Source of the DNA: Nanobdella aerobiophila
GTDB taxonomy: Archaea > Nanobdellota > Nanobdellia > Nanobdellales > Nanobdellaceae
Direction: 5' to 3'
NCBI RefSeq assembly: GCF_023169545.1
Contig: NZ_AP019769.1
Coordinates: 300,001-332,000, forward strand
DNA length: 32,000 nucleotides
The notes beneath the pieces are model-generated. The model saw nothing but the letters and a program-made list of their open reading frames with translations. It searched no databases and had not been told where the DNA came from. Positions 18,894 through 28,979 of this stretch are shown piece after piece. The translations under genes and the position numbers were made by a program. Every line of letters starts with the position of its first letter. The first letter of the stretch is position 1.

Positions 18894-19340
18894 ATGAAAT
18901 TGAATAAAAATATTATGTATTATATATTCTCAATAATAGGATTAATAATTTCTATATTTGATTATTATCAATATTATATAATAAATTATCAGATAATACC
19001 CCTATGTACTACTAGCAAGATATCTAGCAGTTTACAAATAAATTGTAATGCAGTACTAAGAAGTCAATATTCTAGAATATTCTCAATACCATTGGATATA
19101 TTTGCAATGATATACTTTTTATTAGATATACTTATATATAGATTTTTTAATAATAAGAGAAGAATAATATTCTTTTGGAGATTATTAGGATTTTTATTTG
19201 TTCCCTATCTAATATATACAGAGATATTTTTAATACATTCTATATGTATCTATTGTACTATAATGCAGCTAATGATAATACTCAACTTTATTTATTTATT
19301 ATATGACAGGTTTTCTATAAAACAACCAAGATCCGATTAA
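18894..19340 (+). CDS. VKOR-family membrane thiol oxidoreductase
   Basis: Four-TM pattern, INCNAVLRSQYSRIFSIPLDIFAMIYF and HSICIYCTIMQ (CxxC). Confidence 0.85.
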   Translation: MKLNKNIMYYIFSIIGLIISIFDYYQYYIINYQIIPLCTTSKISSSLQINCNAVLRSQYSRIFSIPLDIFAMIYFLLDILIYRFFNNKRRIIFFWRLLGFLFVPYLIYTEIFLIHSICIYCTIMQLMIILNFIYLLYDRFSIKQPRSD

Positions 19341-19838
19341 GTTATTATATTTATGTTTTGGATTGTCGAATAATGAATACAGTTTTTTATATGATATGTT
19401 TCTTGGATCATTTTTAATAAAATTATTTTTTATGGATACATATGCTATACCCCCAGGTCTTAATACTCTCTTGATATCCATGACTAATTCTTCATGTAAT
19501 GTAGTACAGCATAATACATCTTTAGAAAATAAAAAATCTATGCTATTATCTTCAATAACTGATAAATCTCTAGATACAAAAGTTTTTACATTTTTTATGT
19601 TATATTTTTTTATTTTATAATTTAATATATCTACCTGTTTAGGGTCTGAATCTATTGCATATACAGTACCATCTTTTGCTAATTTAGAAAAAATTAGTGT
19701 ATAATTACCAGGACCAGACCCATGATCTAAAACATTCATATTAGATTTAACTAATTTAAATATTGATTTTGGATTGTCAATATATTTTATTATAAAATTA
19801 TCCAACAATATTGGATTTATTCTTCTATCTTCTATCAT
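19299..19838 (-). CDS. SAM-dependent methyltransferase
   Basis: NVLDHGSGPGNYTLIFSKLAKDGTVYAIDSDPKQVDIL...FLFSKDVLCCTTLHEELVMDIKRVLRPGGIAYV. Overlaps the VKOR gene tail-to-tail by 42 bp. Confidence 0.88.
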   Translation of the reverse strand: MIEDRRINPILLDNFIIKYIDNPKSIFKLVKSNMNVLDHGSGPGNYTLIFSKLAKDGTVYAIDSDPKQVDILNYKIKKYNIKNVKTFVSRDLSVIEDNSIDFLFSKDVLCCTTLHEELVMDIKRVLRPGGIAYVSIKNNFIKNDPRNISYKKLYSLFDNPKHKYNNLIGSWLFYRKPVI

Positions 19839-19912
19839 AGTTAATAATTTTTTATAATAATAATTAAAAATTTATCAAAAATCTTATATATATTAAAAAA
19901 TTCTATAAATCT

Positions 19913-21139
19913 ATGGTAAAAGTTTTAGTATTAGGCGCGAGATTTGGTGGATTAAGTGCAGCATATACCTTAAGAAGAATAACAGATAAAAATGTAGAAA
20001 TAAAAGTAATTAATAAAAGTAAATATACATATTTTAGACCGGCATTCCCACATTTAGCAGTTGGATACCTAGAAAAAAAAGATATTGAAATAAATTTAGA
20101 ACAAGAATTACCAAAAAAAGATATAGAATTTCAAGAGGGAGAAGTTACAAAGATTGATGCAAAGAAAAAGTTAGTATATTATACTACTAATGGTAAAGAA
20201 GTAAAAGAAGATTATGACTATCTTATAATAGCATTAGGAGCGCATTTGAGTTTTGAAGAAATTAAAGGATTTGAAGAAAACGGATTTAGTGTATGCGAAC
20301 CTGAATATGCGCTAAAATTAAGAGAAAGATTAAAGAATTGGGATGGTGGTACAATTGCTATAGGATCTGGTAAATTCCATCAGGGATCGAATCCAAAACC
20401 AGAAGCACCAGAGACTTGGACTCCACGAGCAGATTCTGCATGTGAAGGTCCTGTATTTGAGTTATCAATAATGTTAAGAGGATATTTTGCGAAGAAAGGC
20501 GTATTAGATAAGACTAAATTTATAGTATTTTCTCCAGGAGAATACTTATCAGATCTATCAAATGAAAATAGATCAACTGTAAATGGTTTATATAAGTCTT
20601 TAGGTATAGAATTAATAAATGGATTTGTGGTTAAAGAAATAGATAAAGATAAAGTTATATCTGAAGATGGAAAAGAGATAAAAGCAGATTTGACCATAAT
20701 ATTACCACCATATTCAGCAAATCCTGTGTTGAAAAATTCTACAAAAGATTTAGTAGATGATGCAGGTTTCGTAATTACTAATAAATATATGCAATCTATA
20801 AACTATCCCGAGGTCTATGCAGTAGGAGATTCTAATGCAATTACTGTTCCAAAATTAGGATACTTGGCGGTTATGAGTGCAAGAGTTGCAGCAACTCATT
20901 TAGCAAGAACTTTAGGATATAATGTAGAACAAGAAGAATATAATCCAATGGTTGTATGTGTTGCAGATAATCCATATGAAAATATGGCAATAGAGGTTAA
21001 TGATAATTCCTGGTATGGTGGAAATATTAAAAAAGCGACTCCATCAAAAATAGCGCATCTAAAGAAAGAAATGTTTACAAAGTATTATATATGGTCAAAA
21101 GGAGATATGGCCTTAGAAAAATTCTTAGCTTCATGGTAA
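19913..21139 (+). CDS. sqr: Sulfide:quinone oxidoreductase-like FAD protein
   Basis: VLGARFGGLSAAYTLRRI, YTYFRPAFPHLAVG, DSACEGPVFEL, YAVGDSNAITVPKLGYLAVMSARVAATHLARTLGY. Confidence 0.88.
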   Translation: MVKVLVLGARFGGLSAAYTLRRITDKNVEIKVINKSKYTYFRPAFPHLAVGYLEKKDIEINLEQELPKKDIEFQEGEVTKIDAKKKLVYYTTNGKEVKEDYDYLIIALGAHLSFEEIKGFEENGFSVCEPEYALKLRERLKNWDGGTIAIGSGKFHQGSNPKPEAPETWTPRADSACEGPVFELSIMLRGYFAKKGVLDKTKFIVFSPGEYLSDLSNENRSTVNGLYKSLGIELINGFVVKEIDKDKVISEDGKEIKADLTIILPPYSANPVLKNSTKDLVDDAGFVITNKYMQSINYPEVYAVGDSNAITVPKLGYLAVMSARVAATHLARTLGYNVEQEEYNPMVVCVADNPYENMAIEVNDNSWYGGNIKKATPSKIAHLKKEMFTKYYIWSKGDMALEKFLASW

Positions 21140-21140
21140 A

Positions 21141-21491
21141 ATGGTCGAGTTATCTGATGAAGAATTAAAATCTCTAAAAAAGTTTATAGAACTATTGAAT
21201 ATAGCAGAAAATAAATATGGATTAATATCTTTATTAGAAGGAATATTAGAAGATGAAAAAGCAGTAGGAAAATTATTATCACATATAACTTCTGATGAAG
21301 CATTGTCAATAATATCAGAGAAAGAAAATATGTTAAAAATTATAGCAAGTATTGGTGATGGATTAGAAGAACAAAATAAAGTAAAGATAAATGGATTAAT
21401 GAGTATATGGAAAGCAACACATGATAAGGATATACAAAAAGGATTATCTTTAGTATTTACTATTTTGAAAAAGCTAGGATCAAAGTTTTAA
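21141..21491 (+). CDS. DUF1641-like protein downstream of SQR
   Basis: Directly after sqr; ALLSLLE-type helical protein KYGLISLLEGILEDEKAVGKLLSHITSDEALSIISEKENMLKIIASIGDGLEE. Confidence 0.6.
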   Translation: MVELSDEELKSLKKFIELLNIAENKYGLISLLEGILEDEKAVGKLLSHITSDEALSIISEKENMLKIIASIGDGLEEQNKVKINGLMSIWKATHDKDIQKGLSLVFTILKKLGSKF

Positions 21492-21567
21492 ATTTTTTAC
21501 TTGTTTTTAATATTCATTGATAGGTAATTAAAGAAAAATATTTAAAGTTAATTTTAATATATTTTTT

Positions 21568-21936
21568 ATGGAAAATAAAGAGATAATTGGTTGGATTGGT
21601 ATGTTACTAGCAACTTTTTGGGCAGGAGAACATCTACCAGTAGCGATAGCATTAACATCAAAATTAGGTCCAATAGTAGGAGCATTTGTAGGAATGTTTG
21701 CAGCACTATCGATAATATCAGCATTAATATTCCTATTAAATTGGAAAAAATATTATATGCCAAATTTAGTATTTTGGATATTGATGTTTATATTGTTATT
21801 AGCAGGATACGTAGGTTATTTAGCAGGAGGAAATATATCAGCATTATTCGCAAATCAATTAGCAGAATATGCATTAGTAATAGATATATTAAATATAATA
21901 TTGGCTTTTGCTATATGGAAAGTAGATGCAGAATAA
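21568..21936 (+). CDS. Small membrane protein, about four TM segments
   Basis: MENKEIIGWIGMLLATFWAGEHLPVAIALTSKLGPIVGAFVGMFAALSIISALIFLL... Confidence 0.7.
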   Translation: MENKEIIGWIGMLLATFWAGEHLPVAIALTSKLGPIVGAFVGMFAALSIISALIFLLNWKKYYMPNLVFWILMFILLLAGYVGYLAGGNISALFANQLAEYALVIDILNIILAFAIWKVDAE

Positions 21937-21939
21937 ATT

Positions 21940-22218
21940 TTAATTTTTTTCATATCTAGATATTTTTAATATTTTACTTCTAGGAAATTCTTTCTTCATT
22001 AATTTATCTAATACCTTTTCTAATTGATCAAAATTAGTTAAATATCTCTGAATAGTATAGCCATGTTCATATATCTCGAAAAAAATATTATCCTTTTTTA
22101 TGATGTCTAACCATCTATCTTCTTTATAATTTTTTATTCTAATTATTTTATTATTATCTATTTCTTTGCAATATTTTAATACAGTATATATTATATTCTT
22201 TCTTTCCAACCAGGTCAT
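21940..22218 (-). CDS. Hypothetical protein, 92 aa
   Basis: ORF; C-terminal FDQLEKVLDKLMKKEF recurs as a remnant near 27000. Confidence 0.55.
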   Translation of the reverse strand: MTWLERKNIIYTVLKYCKEIDNNKIIRIKNYKEDRWLDIIKKDNIFFEIYEHGYTIQRYLTNFDQLEKVLDKLMKKEFPRSKILKISRYEKN

Positions 22219-22358
22219 AATAGATTATTATAAATTAATAATTAAAATTTAGAGGATATATTGATATATATCTAAGATGATTCATATTTTATAAATAAAA
22301 ATATTTATAAGAATATACAACAAAGATCTTATAAGTATTTTCATATAGATAGTTATTA

Positions 22359-23801
22359 ATGAAGAGTGATTCACTAAAAACAATATTAGAATTAAGTACA
22401 AAAGATTATGATATAGATAATGAGGACTTTATAAATTCTATAAAGACTTATTACGAAGAATTAAAGGATCTAATGAGAGTCGGAGAGGAAATAAAAATTT
22501 TTGGAGATATATACAATGATTATTTTAGACTAATTAAAGAATTATATAAAGATAATAAGAGTGATAAAAACAACAGTATAAATAAAATAGATAGATTATT
22601 AATGGATTTAAATTATATTTTTAATCCAGATTCGATAGTATCTCCTGTAGAGCTTGATTATGATAAAGAAATATTCTATTTAATTACAAAAACTACTAAA
22701 AAACTAAGAAAAACATATAATAATATAATCGATAATTACATATACAGTTTAAATCAAAAAATAAAGACAAAAGAAAGAGAATTAGATGAGATACTGAGTA
22801 AATATATTGATGTCCCTTCGCGGGTTGATATGATAGAAAGTATAAAAGGAACATCAAGATATATAATAAATAGTCCTCTTACAAAGTTTATAGAGATATT
22901 GTTGAACAAAAATAATAAAGATGAAGCAATTAATACCTTAAAAAGTATATATTCAAGTTTTAATAATATTAACTATTCAAATCTACATGATATAAAGATA
23001 GATAAGAATTTGGATAATATTATAAGTTCGAGTTCTTCTATATCCACCATAATGAGGTTTTTTTACTTAATTACATTGGGTATACTCGAGTTTGTGGATC
23101 AAAAATTAATAGAATATAGTAATGAGAGCTATGCTAGATTTATAAAAGAAAAATATGGTCTAGATATAACTTTAGATAAAAAATCTATAGTAGACCAAAT
23201 CAGTGAATCCTTTTTAAAAGCAATATTTATACTTCCAGAAAGTCAGGAAAATATTGATAGAAGTTCTATGTATACAAAATTAGATAAAAGATTATTGGAT
23301 CGTTATTATATGGATCTAGAAAAATTATATAATAAAATACCTGAATTAAAGAATTTACCAGAATACAGTAATATAGAAAACCTGATAAAAGATATTATAT
23401 CTTTAGAATATTTCAAAAATCTTGTAGAAGAATTTAATGATAGGACATTTTTATCTATATCTCTTGGATATATAAGTTCAATATTAGATAGAAATGAAGA
23501 AGATAAGAAGAAATATATAATGGGTAATATAATCGGACTGATATATAAGGATTTATTAACTAGTGGGTATCTTGTTGATATTAATAAATTATCATCTGAA
23601 TATTCTAAAAAAATAATGGACTCTATTAAGGATATAGATTCTATGTATTCTACAATTATCAACAAGGAAATTTTGATTAGAAGCTTAAATAATTATAGTA
23701 AAATAATAAAAAGTTTGTATGGGTACAATGTAGTAGTTAGAAATTATATTACAGATGCAGAAAGAAATATAATCAAAGAGATCATAAAAGAAGATGAATA
23801 A
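22359..23801 (+). CDS. Hypothetical helical protein
   Basis: 480-aa ORF; stop overlaps the next start by 8 nt. Confidence 0.7.
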   Translation: MKSDSLKTILELSTKDYDIDNEDFINSIKTYYEELKDLMRVGEEIKIFGDIYNDYFRLIKELYKDNKSDKNNSINKIDRLLMDLNYIFNPDSIVSPVELDYDKEIFYLITKTTKKLRKTYNNIIDNYIYSLNQKIKTKERELDEILSKYIDVPSRVDMIESIKGTSRYIINSPLTKFIEILLNKNNKDEAINTLKSIYSSFNNINYSNLHDIKIDKNLDNIISSSSSISTIMRFFYLITLGILEFVDQKLIEYSNESYARFIKEKYGLDITLDKKSIVDQISESFLKAIFILPESQENIDRSSMYTKLDKRLLDRYYMDLEKLYNKIPELKNLPEYSNIENLIKDIISLEYFKNLVEEFNDRTFLSISLGYISSILDRNEEDKKKYIMGNIIGLIYKDLLTSGYLVDINKLSSEYSKKIMDSIKDIDSMYSTIINKEILIRSLNNYSKIIKSLYGYNVVVRNYITDAERNIIKEIIKEDE

Positions 23802-25005
23802 GAAAAAATTAATATCACTATTTGGTGGCCTTGTTGGAGGATTAATATCTTATATAGCGTTTTCTCATCATAACTTTGAATATGGTAATAATGTCTTAAG
23901 ATCTAATAACTCTCAAATATATACACTCTACCTAAATAGCGGCAATTTTACTGAAGGTTTATTAAAACTTGATAAAATAATATCAAACACCTCAAAAGAA
24001 AATATTACAATATTTAATGAAGGATTAAATACTAATGAAACCGAAATTTTATCAATAGTTGAAAAAATTATCGAATCTAAATATAAAAATATAGATATTG
24101 TTATAAAAACTGATATCGTAAATAGTAGTACATATATATTTTGGGAAGTTCCATGGGGGCCTCATAATGGTACATATAAGAATTTAGATACTTTTTTGTC
24201 AAATAATAGTGATATAACTCAGGGGGTCGTTATTGCATTTGATTATAATTATAATTATTCTTTACAAATGCTAAAAACAATATATGAAGCAGATACTATA
24301 AATAAAAGTATATATGTAAATCTATTTGTAACTGCAGGCAATAGAGATTTAATAAGTACTTTAAATCAAGAGCAATACAATTATCTTATAGAAACATTAA
24401 AATATATAAATAATATTTCCGATGGTGGAAACAACATCGTTATTGGTTTTAGTGAAATGGATAATCTCAATATAACTTATTTAGCCTCATTATATAATAT
24501 CATTCATGAGTATTTACCTAATGCAAAGTTATTTTATTATTCTGATCTAGGACACTCTAATAGACCCATGGAACTATATCGGGAATTAAAGGATATTTAT
24601 AATATAAAACTTAATATGATCGGTTTAGAGATGTATACGACATATATGTATAAAGATGGAGTTATATATATTCCAAATAGTTCGACAGATGATCAATATA
24701 ACATATTAGAAAATTATATAGAGTTTTCGAAAGATAATAATGTCCAATTTTTTATAGGAGAACTTGGCTTCAGAGATGGAGATAAATATGGATATATAGA
24801 CTCTGGTTCAATAAGTCCAATTGGAAGCTTAAATAATTATAGAATTACAATAGATTTCTATAAAGATATAATTAAACAATTAAACAAAGATGGAATAGAT
24901 ACAGTAGGAATATGGGATTATAATGGAGCAAATGGAGATCCTTTCGGATTATGTAGAAATCAATTTCTACCATCTCTTATAAAGTTTATTATTAATTCAA
25001 GATAG
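23794..25005 (+). CDS. Exported protein with glycoside-hydrolase-like (TIM-barrel) features
   Basis: N-terminal hydrophobic LISLFGGLVGGLISYIAF; IYVNLFVTAG, IGLEMYTTYMY, VQFFIGELGFRDGDKYG, IDTVGIWDYNGANGDPFGL. Confidence 0.6.
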   Translation: MNKKKLISLFGGLVGGLISYIAFSHHNFEYGNNVLRSNNSQIYTLYLNSGNFTEGLLKLDKIISNTSKENITIFNEGLNTNETEILSIVEKIIESKYKNIDIVIKTDIVNSSTYIFWEVPWGPHNGTYKNLDTFLSNNSDITQGVVIAFDYNYNYSLQMLKTIYEADTINKSIYVNLFVTAGNRDLISTLNQEQYNYLIETLKYINNISDGGNNIVIGFSEMDNLNITYLASLYNIIHEYLPNAKLFYYSDLGHSNRPMELYRELKDIYNIKLNMIGLEMYTTYMYKDGVIYIPNSSTDDQYNILENYIEFSKDNNVQFFIGELGFRDGDKYGYIDSGSISPIGSLNNYRITIDFYKDIIKQLNKDGIDTVGIWDYNGANGDPFGLCRNQFLPSLIKFIINSR

Positions 25006-25040
25006 ATATTATTTAAAAATTTTTTCTATATCATTATAGA

Positions 25041-26456
25041 ATGACAGGTACACCTAAGGGTATACGTGGAAAAATCACAAAAAAAGGTATTGCTTTAGCA
25101 GCAGCAGGAATAATTGGGAGTGGTTTGCTTGGCTATTTTATTGGGTCATATTTTCATGAACCAAAAGAGGTAATCGAATATAAATCTCAAAAAATAGAAG
25201 AATTGATAGGAACAAATTCCAATATAACAGAATTAATAAAGGATTTAAGTAATGTATCAGATGGAAAAAAAATTTTGATAATAGGAGAAGGATTGAGTAA
25301 TAATCATATATCAGATCTGGAATCAATACTTGGCCTTAAAAATGTATCATATAAATTGATTAATCTGCAACCGATAATAGAAAATCATACGGTAATAGAG
25401 AACTATACAGAAATAGAGAAAATATTCACAAAGACAAGTTTAGTTTATGCAAATGAAAGTAATATTTCATTGGTACCATTATATATAGAAGGAAAATTAG
25501 CCCAAAATGCTTCTCAATCTTATTGTTTTGTAATAGATCTATCTAATGTATCTAATAAAGCTCAATATAGCTTAGAAAATATATTAAAGACTATAAAAAA
25601 TGAGTATTCAAATATGGAGGGTTATTATATAATAAAGACTGGTAGCATACAAGTACAAAATTCTAGTATAAGTACATCAAATACATCAAGTAATAGTACT
25701 ACTAGTATAAGTACATCAAATACATCAAGTAACGGTACTAATAGTAATATAGATCAATTATTATTTGGAAATAATAGTAATTATACTGTATTAAAAATAG
25801 AAAATATATCTTATAGAGATGATATTGCATACTTATCTGTAAGAGATGAAATAAACAATAAAACATATCAGTTAGCATTATCCTCTAGATATCTAACTGC
25901 AGTATTAAATATAAATGGAAAAAGTGAAAAATTTGAGCTAAATGATGATGTATTAAAATATGGAAAACTTTATATGGTGTTAGAAAAAACTCCTGCTATA
26001 AATCAGTCAGCAAATGATAATGGAGTCCTAGCTCTACCAAATGGTTTATATGCAAGTTTTATAATTACTAATGTAAAGGGCACAGAGCTATTAAAGCTAG
26101 CACCACAATTAAGCAACTATACGCCAATAATACCAACAATGTACAATACTTCTACACCTTTTGAAATATATGGTGGTATACTAGGTAATACAAACCCATA
26201 TATAATCAATTATGAAAATATAACAGCATATAATCAGGCATTAGGATTGGTAGATACTGTAGATAAGATATTAAATCTAAGTACATCTTCAAATCCAAAT
26301 CCTGGCAGTTATGCTAGTATAGGCGGTCTTTTCCCACTGACACTCACGAATAATTATACAACTTCCACAGTAGGTAATTTTACATCATATAATATAGGTA
26401 GTTATGTACCGGCAATATTACTTATCGGAGAAGAAGGTACAAGTATAATACAATAA
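25041..26456 (+). CDS. N-terminally membrane-anchored surface protein with Ser/Thr/Asn linker
   Basis: GIALAAAGIIGSGLLGYFIGSYF anchor, many sequons, linker SISTSNTSSNSTTSISTSNTSSNGTN. Confidence 0.75.
   Translation: MTGTPKGIRGKITKKGIALAAAGIIGSGLLGYFIGSYFHEPKEVIEYKSQKIEELIGTNSNITELIKDLSNVSDGKKILIIGEGLSNNHISDLESILGLKNVSYKLINLQPIIENHTVIENYTEIEKIFTKTSLVYANESNISLVPLYIEGKLAQNASQSYCFVIDLSNVSNKAQYSLENILKTIKNEYSNMEGYYIIKTGSIQVQNSSISTSNTSSNSTTSISTSNTSSNGTNSNIDQLLFGNNSNYTVLKIENISYRDDIAYLSVRDEINNKTYQLALSSRYLTAVLNINGKSEKFELNDDVLKYGKLYMVLEKTPAINQSANDNGVLALPNGLYASFIITNVKGTELLKLAPQLSNYTPIIPTMYNTSTPFEIYGGILGNTNPYIINYENITAYNQALGLVDTVDKILNLSTSSNPNPGSYASIGGLFPLTLTNNYTTSTVGNFTSYNIGSYVPAILLIGEEGTSIIQ
25663..25740 (+). 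repeat. Two tandem 39-nt coding repeats
   Basis: CTAGTATAAGTACATCAAATACATCAAGTAA repeated with a 39-nt period, giving 13-aa repeats SISTSNTSSNSTT/SISTSNTSSNGTN. Confidence 0.85.
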
Positions 26457-26685
26457 TTTTTTAATTATTTATATGTATGTTCTGATCTTTTTATATAATA
26501 ATTAAGTAATAGTTTTTCATCAATATTATATATATTAAACTATACCTATAATTTTTAGTATTATTATATTGTATATTTATATTAATTTCTCTAATAAGCC
26601 TATATAATTTATTATTATAAATCTTTTAAAAGTGCATTATAATCCTATCTCAGAATCATTATTGTGGAAGCAACCTACATGTACA

Positions 26686-26841
26686 TTATTCTTCATATAT
26701 ACCAATAGCATTCTCCGTTATTTCTAAATTACAACTTTTATGTTCTTTACACCACTTCTCACATTTTTCTGCTAGCTCTTTTTCTTTATAAACATAATGG
26801 CATTCTTCGCATCCATAGAATTCTTGAACTTCTATTACCAT
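26686..26841 (-). pseudogene. Small Cys-rich zinc-finger-like protein with a frameshift
   Basis: MVIEVQEFYGCEECHYVYKE, +1 shift, ELAEKCEKWCKEHKSCNLEITENAIGIYEE(stop). Confidence 0.7.
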
Positions 26842-26998
26842 ATCACAATATTTTCTACTTTTTTTATAAATTTTTTGATTTATAATAATTATTTCTATGG
26901 TGCCTATTTTTACATTTATCTTTAATTCTTATATATGATATAATCCCTAATTTTTTTCTCTATTTATATACTATTTAACTTTTATTATCCTTTTTTTC

Positions 26999-27070
26999 AT
27001 TAATTTATCTAATATCTTTTCTAATTGATCAAAATTATTTGAAATCTTTCTATATAATGTCCATAAAAAT
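26999..27070 (-). pseudogene. Fragment related to the 3' part of the 21940-22218 gene
   Basis: Both contain ttcattaatttatctaata-c-ttttctaattgatcaaaatta; translation NNFDQLEKILDKLMKK vs TNFDQLEKVLDKLMKK. Confidence 0.75.
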
Positions 27071-27269
27071 ATATGCTTTTGTGAAACTGCAATGAAAAAT
27101 TATAGTATAAATAAAGAAGATCTAGTATATGTAGATGAAATTTCTAAAAGTGCACAGATTATAATAAAGTATGCAGAAGATGAGTATAAAATACCAACCT
27201 TTTAAGTCTTTATATTAATTATAGTTATTACATAATAGTAGTAACTTTATAAAATTTTTTATTATAATT

Positions 27270-28280
27270 ATGAATATGAGTGAGACAGATCTTAATGAAA
27301 TTTTAAGAGGACTCAATAAATTTAATACATCTGGTATAGATAGAATAATAGAAGAAAATAAAAAAGGAGATGGGGACTTGAGACAGTTTATATTTATATC
27401 GCGAGATTTTGCAGAAAGTGCAATATATTTTATAAGAAGAGAATTGAAAATAAAAGATAATATAAAAGAAATTAATATATATAATCCATGTCTTAGGGAA
27501 TATATTCCAAGAATATATAATAAGGGAGAAATGACGATTTCTATAACAGATCAGGAGTGTAGGGATTTACTACATAGCTGGTATTTTCTATCCAAGTATC
27601 TCAAGGGTAAAGATATTAGTATAAGCGATTTGTATGGAACAAAATTCAAACCTCCTTTACATTCAGAAATAGTTAATAGATTTTTGCAAATAGCATTGCC
27701 AAGACATTACAAAGCTACCGGAAGTAATATAACTTTACTAGATGATATTGTTTCAGGAATGCCTCTATTTAGTATGGTATTTTGGTCTGAATTTTTCCCA
27801 CATTTATATTTTTATATGGATATTGTAGGTCATTATGGATGGAACTATATCACTAACTTAAAGGAAGGATTTAAAAAAGGTGATTTTAAAAGATTAAGAG
27901 ATGAATTTGAGATTACAAACAGATTTGAGAATGACTATAATATACTTAGTGCAGCTTATTATGTAGATTCGCAGTTAAAAATATATAGTTATATTAAGGA
28001 ATTAAATGAATTAAATAAAGAATTAAAAGGAGATGATTATAAAAAATCGCCATTATATAACCTAATTAGAGCGGATGTAACTAAGATAATAGCCTCAATA
28101 TCTGCAGAATACTTTGTACTATCTGATTATAGATATAATTTAGAGTTGCTTTCAAAGAGATTATTAGCTAATGAGAATAAATCAGAAATTAAATTATCGG
28201 AACTTATTGAACTCGAAATATTAAAAAAGATTAAAGAAGACTTCTACGTACAATTAATGAAGCAATATTTACCAAAATAG
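27270..28280 (+). CDS. Hypothetical protein
   Basis: 336-aa ORF with preceding AT-rich promoter region. Confidence 0.65.
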   Translation: MNMSETDLNEILRGLNKFNTSGIDRIIEENKKGDGDLRQFIFISRDFAESAIYFIRRELKIKDNIKEINIYNPCLREYIPRIYNKGEMTISITDQECRDLLHSWYFLSKYLKGKDISISDLYGTKFKPPLHSEIVNRFLQIALPRHYKATGSNITLLDDIVSGMPLFSMVFWSEFFPHLYFYMDIVGHYGWNYITNLKEGFKKGDFKRLRDEFEITNRFENDYNILSAAYYVDSQLKIYSYIKELNELNKELKGDDYKKSPLYNLIRADVTKIIASISAEYFVLSDYRYNLELLSKRLLANENKSEIKLSELIELEILKKIKEDFYVQLMKQYLPK

Positions 28281-28387
28281 ATTGATTTATACTAAAAAAG
28301 GCTATAATAAATATTTTATTTTTTAGAATATAGAAAGTTTATATATGTCTAAATAAAATATTTAAAAAATCAAGTAGTATAGGAAGC

Positions 28388-28549
28388 GATAAATATCAAG
28401 GATATTTAATAACAAGAATGGGATTTGAAAAAGGATATTAATGAACTAGAAGATTTTACTAAAGAAAAATTTAATACAGTAAGGGAATATTTAGATTTTC
28501 AACCAATTATTGAAAAATATAATAAATATTATTTAAGTTTAATAAAATG
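28388..28549 (+). pseudogene. Chimeric remnant: HIT-like tail joined to a MNT-type nucleotidyltransferase C-terminus
   Basis: DKYQGYLITRMGFEK (cf. HIT DKYEGYLTTRVGFEK), one extra G, then DINELEDFTKEKFNTVREYLDFQPIIEKYNKYYLSLIK(stop), whose TGA overlaps the next ATG (ATGA). Confidence 0.55.
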
Positions 28550-28925
28550 AAAGAATTAATCTATGAATATATAAAAGAATTAATAAAATCATTAAAACAA
28601 TGGGAAAGGTATGAAAAAATTGATAAAAATAAATTTCTTTCTGATGAAGATATTCAAAATATGGTAATGCATGGAATTCTAAGAGCAATACAGTCTATAA
28701 TTGATTTAGGTAATTCTATTATTGAAAGAAATATTTGATATATTGGAAAGACATAATATTATTGATAAGAATTTATCTGAAAGATTAAAGAAATTGACGA
28801 GTTTTAGAAATTTTTTAGTCCATTTATATTATGATATAGATTTAAATATAGTTTATAATTTATTAAAAAATGAAAGAATAGCATTAGGAGGATTTTTTAA
28901 TCATTGCAAAAGATATAATAAATAA
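28547..28925 (+). pseudogene. HepT-like HEPN (DUF86) toxin split into two overlapping frames
   Basis: ORF1 MVMHGILRAIQSIIDLGNSIIERN(stop) and ORF2 KEIFDILERHNIIDKNLSERLKKLTSFRNFLVHLYYDIDLNIVY together match one HepT; RxxxxH motif RNFLVH. Confidence 0.75.
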
Positions 28926-28979
28926 AATATAAGAATTTTTAATAATCTTTAAATATTTTATTTTATAATATAATGATTC

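Noticed and set aside
20380-20697. Minus-strand ORF of 105 aa within sqr
   Set aside because: Antisense to a conserved SQR region.
21566-21959. Overlapping ORFs 21566-21763(-) and 21591-21959(+), the latter also 122 aa
   Set aside because: The 21568-21936 frame gives a clean TM protein; the others are alternative frames of the same AT-rich sequence.
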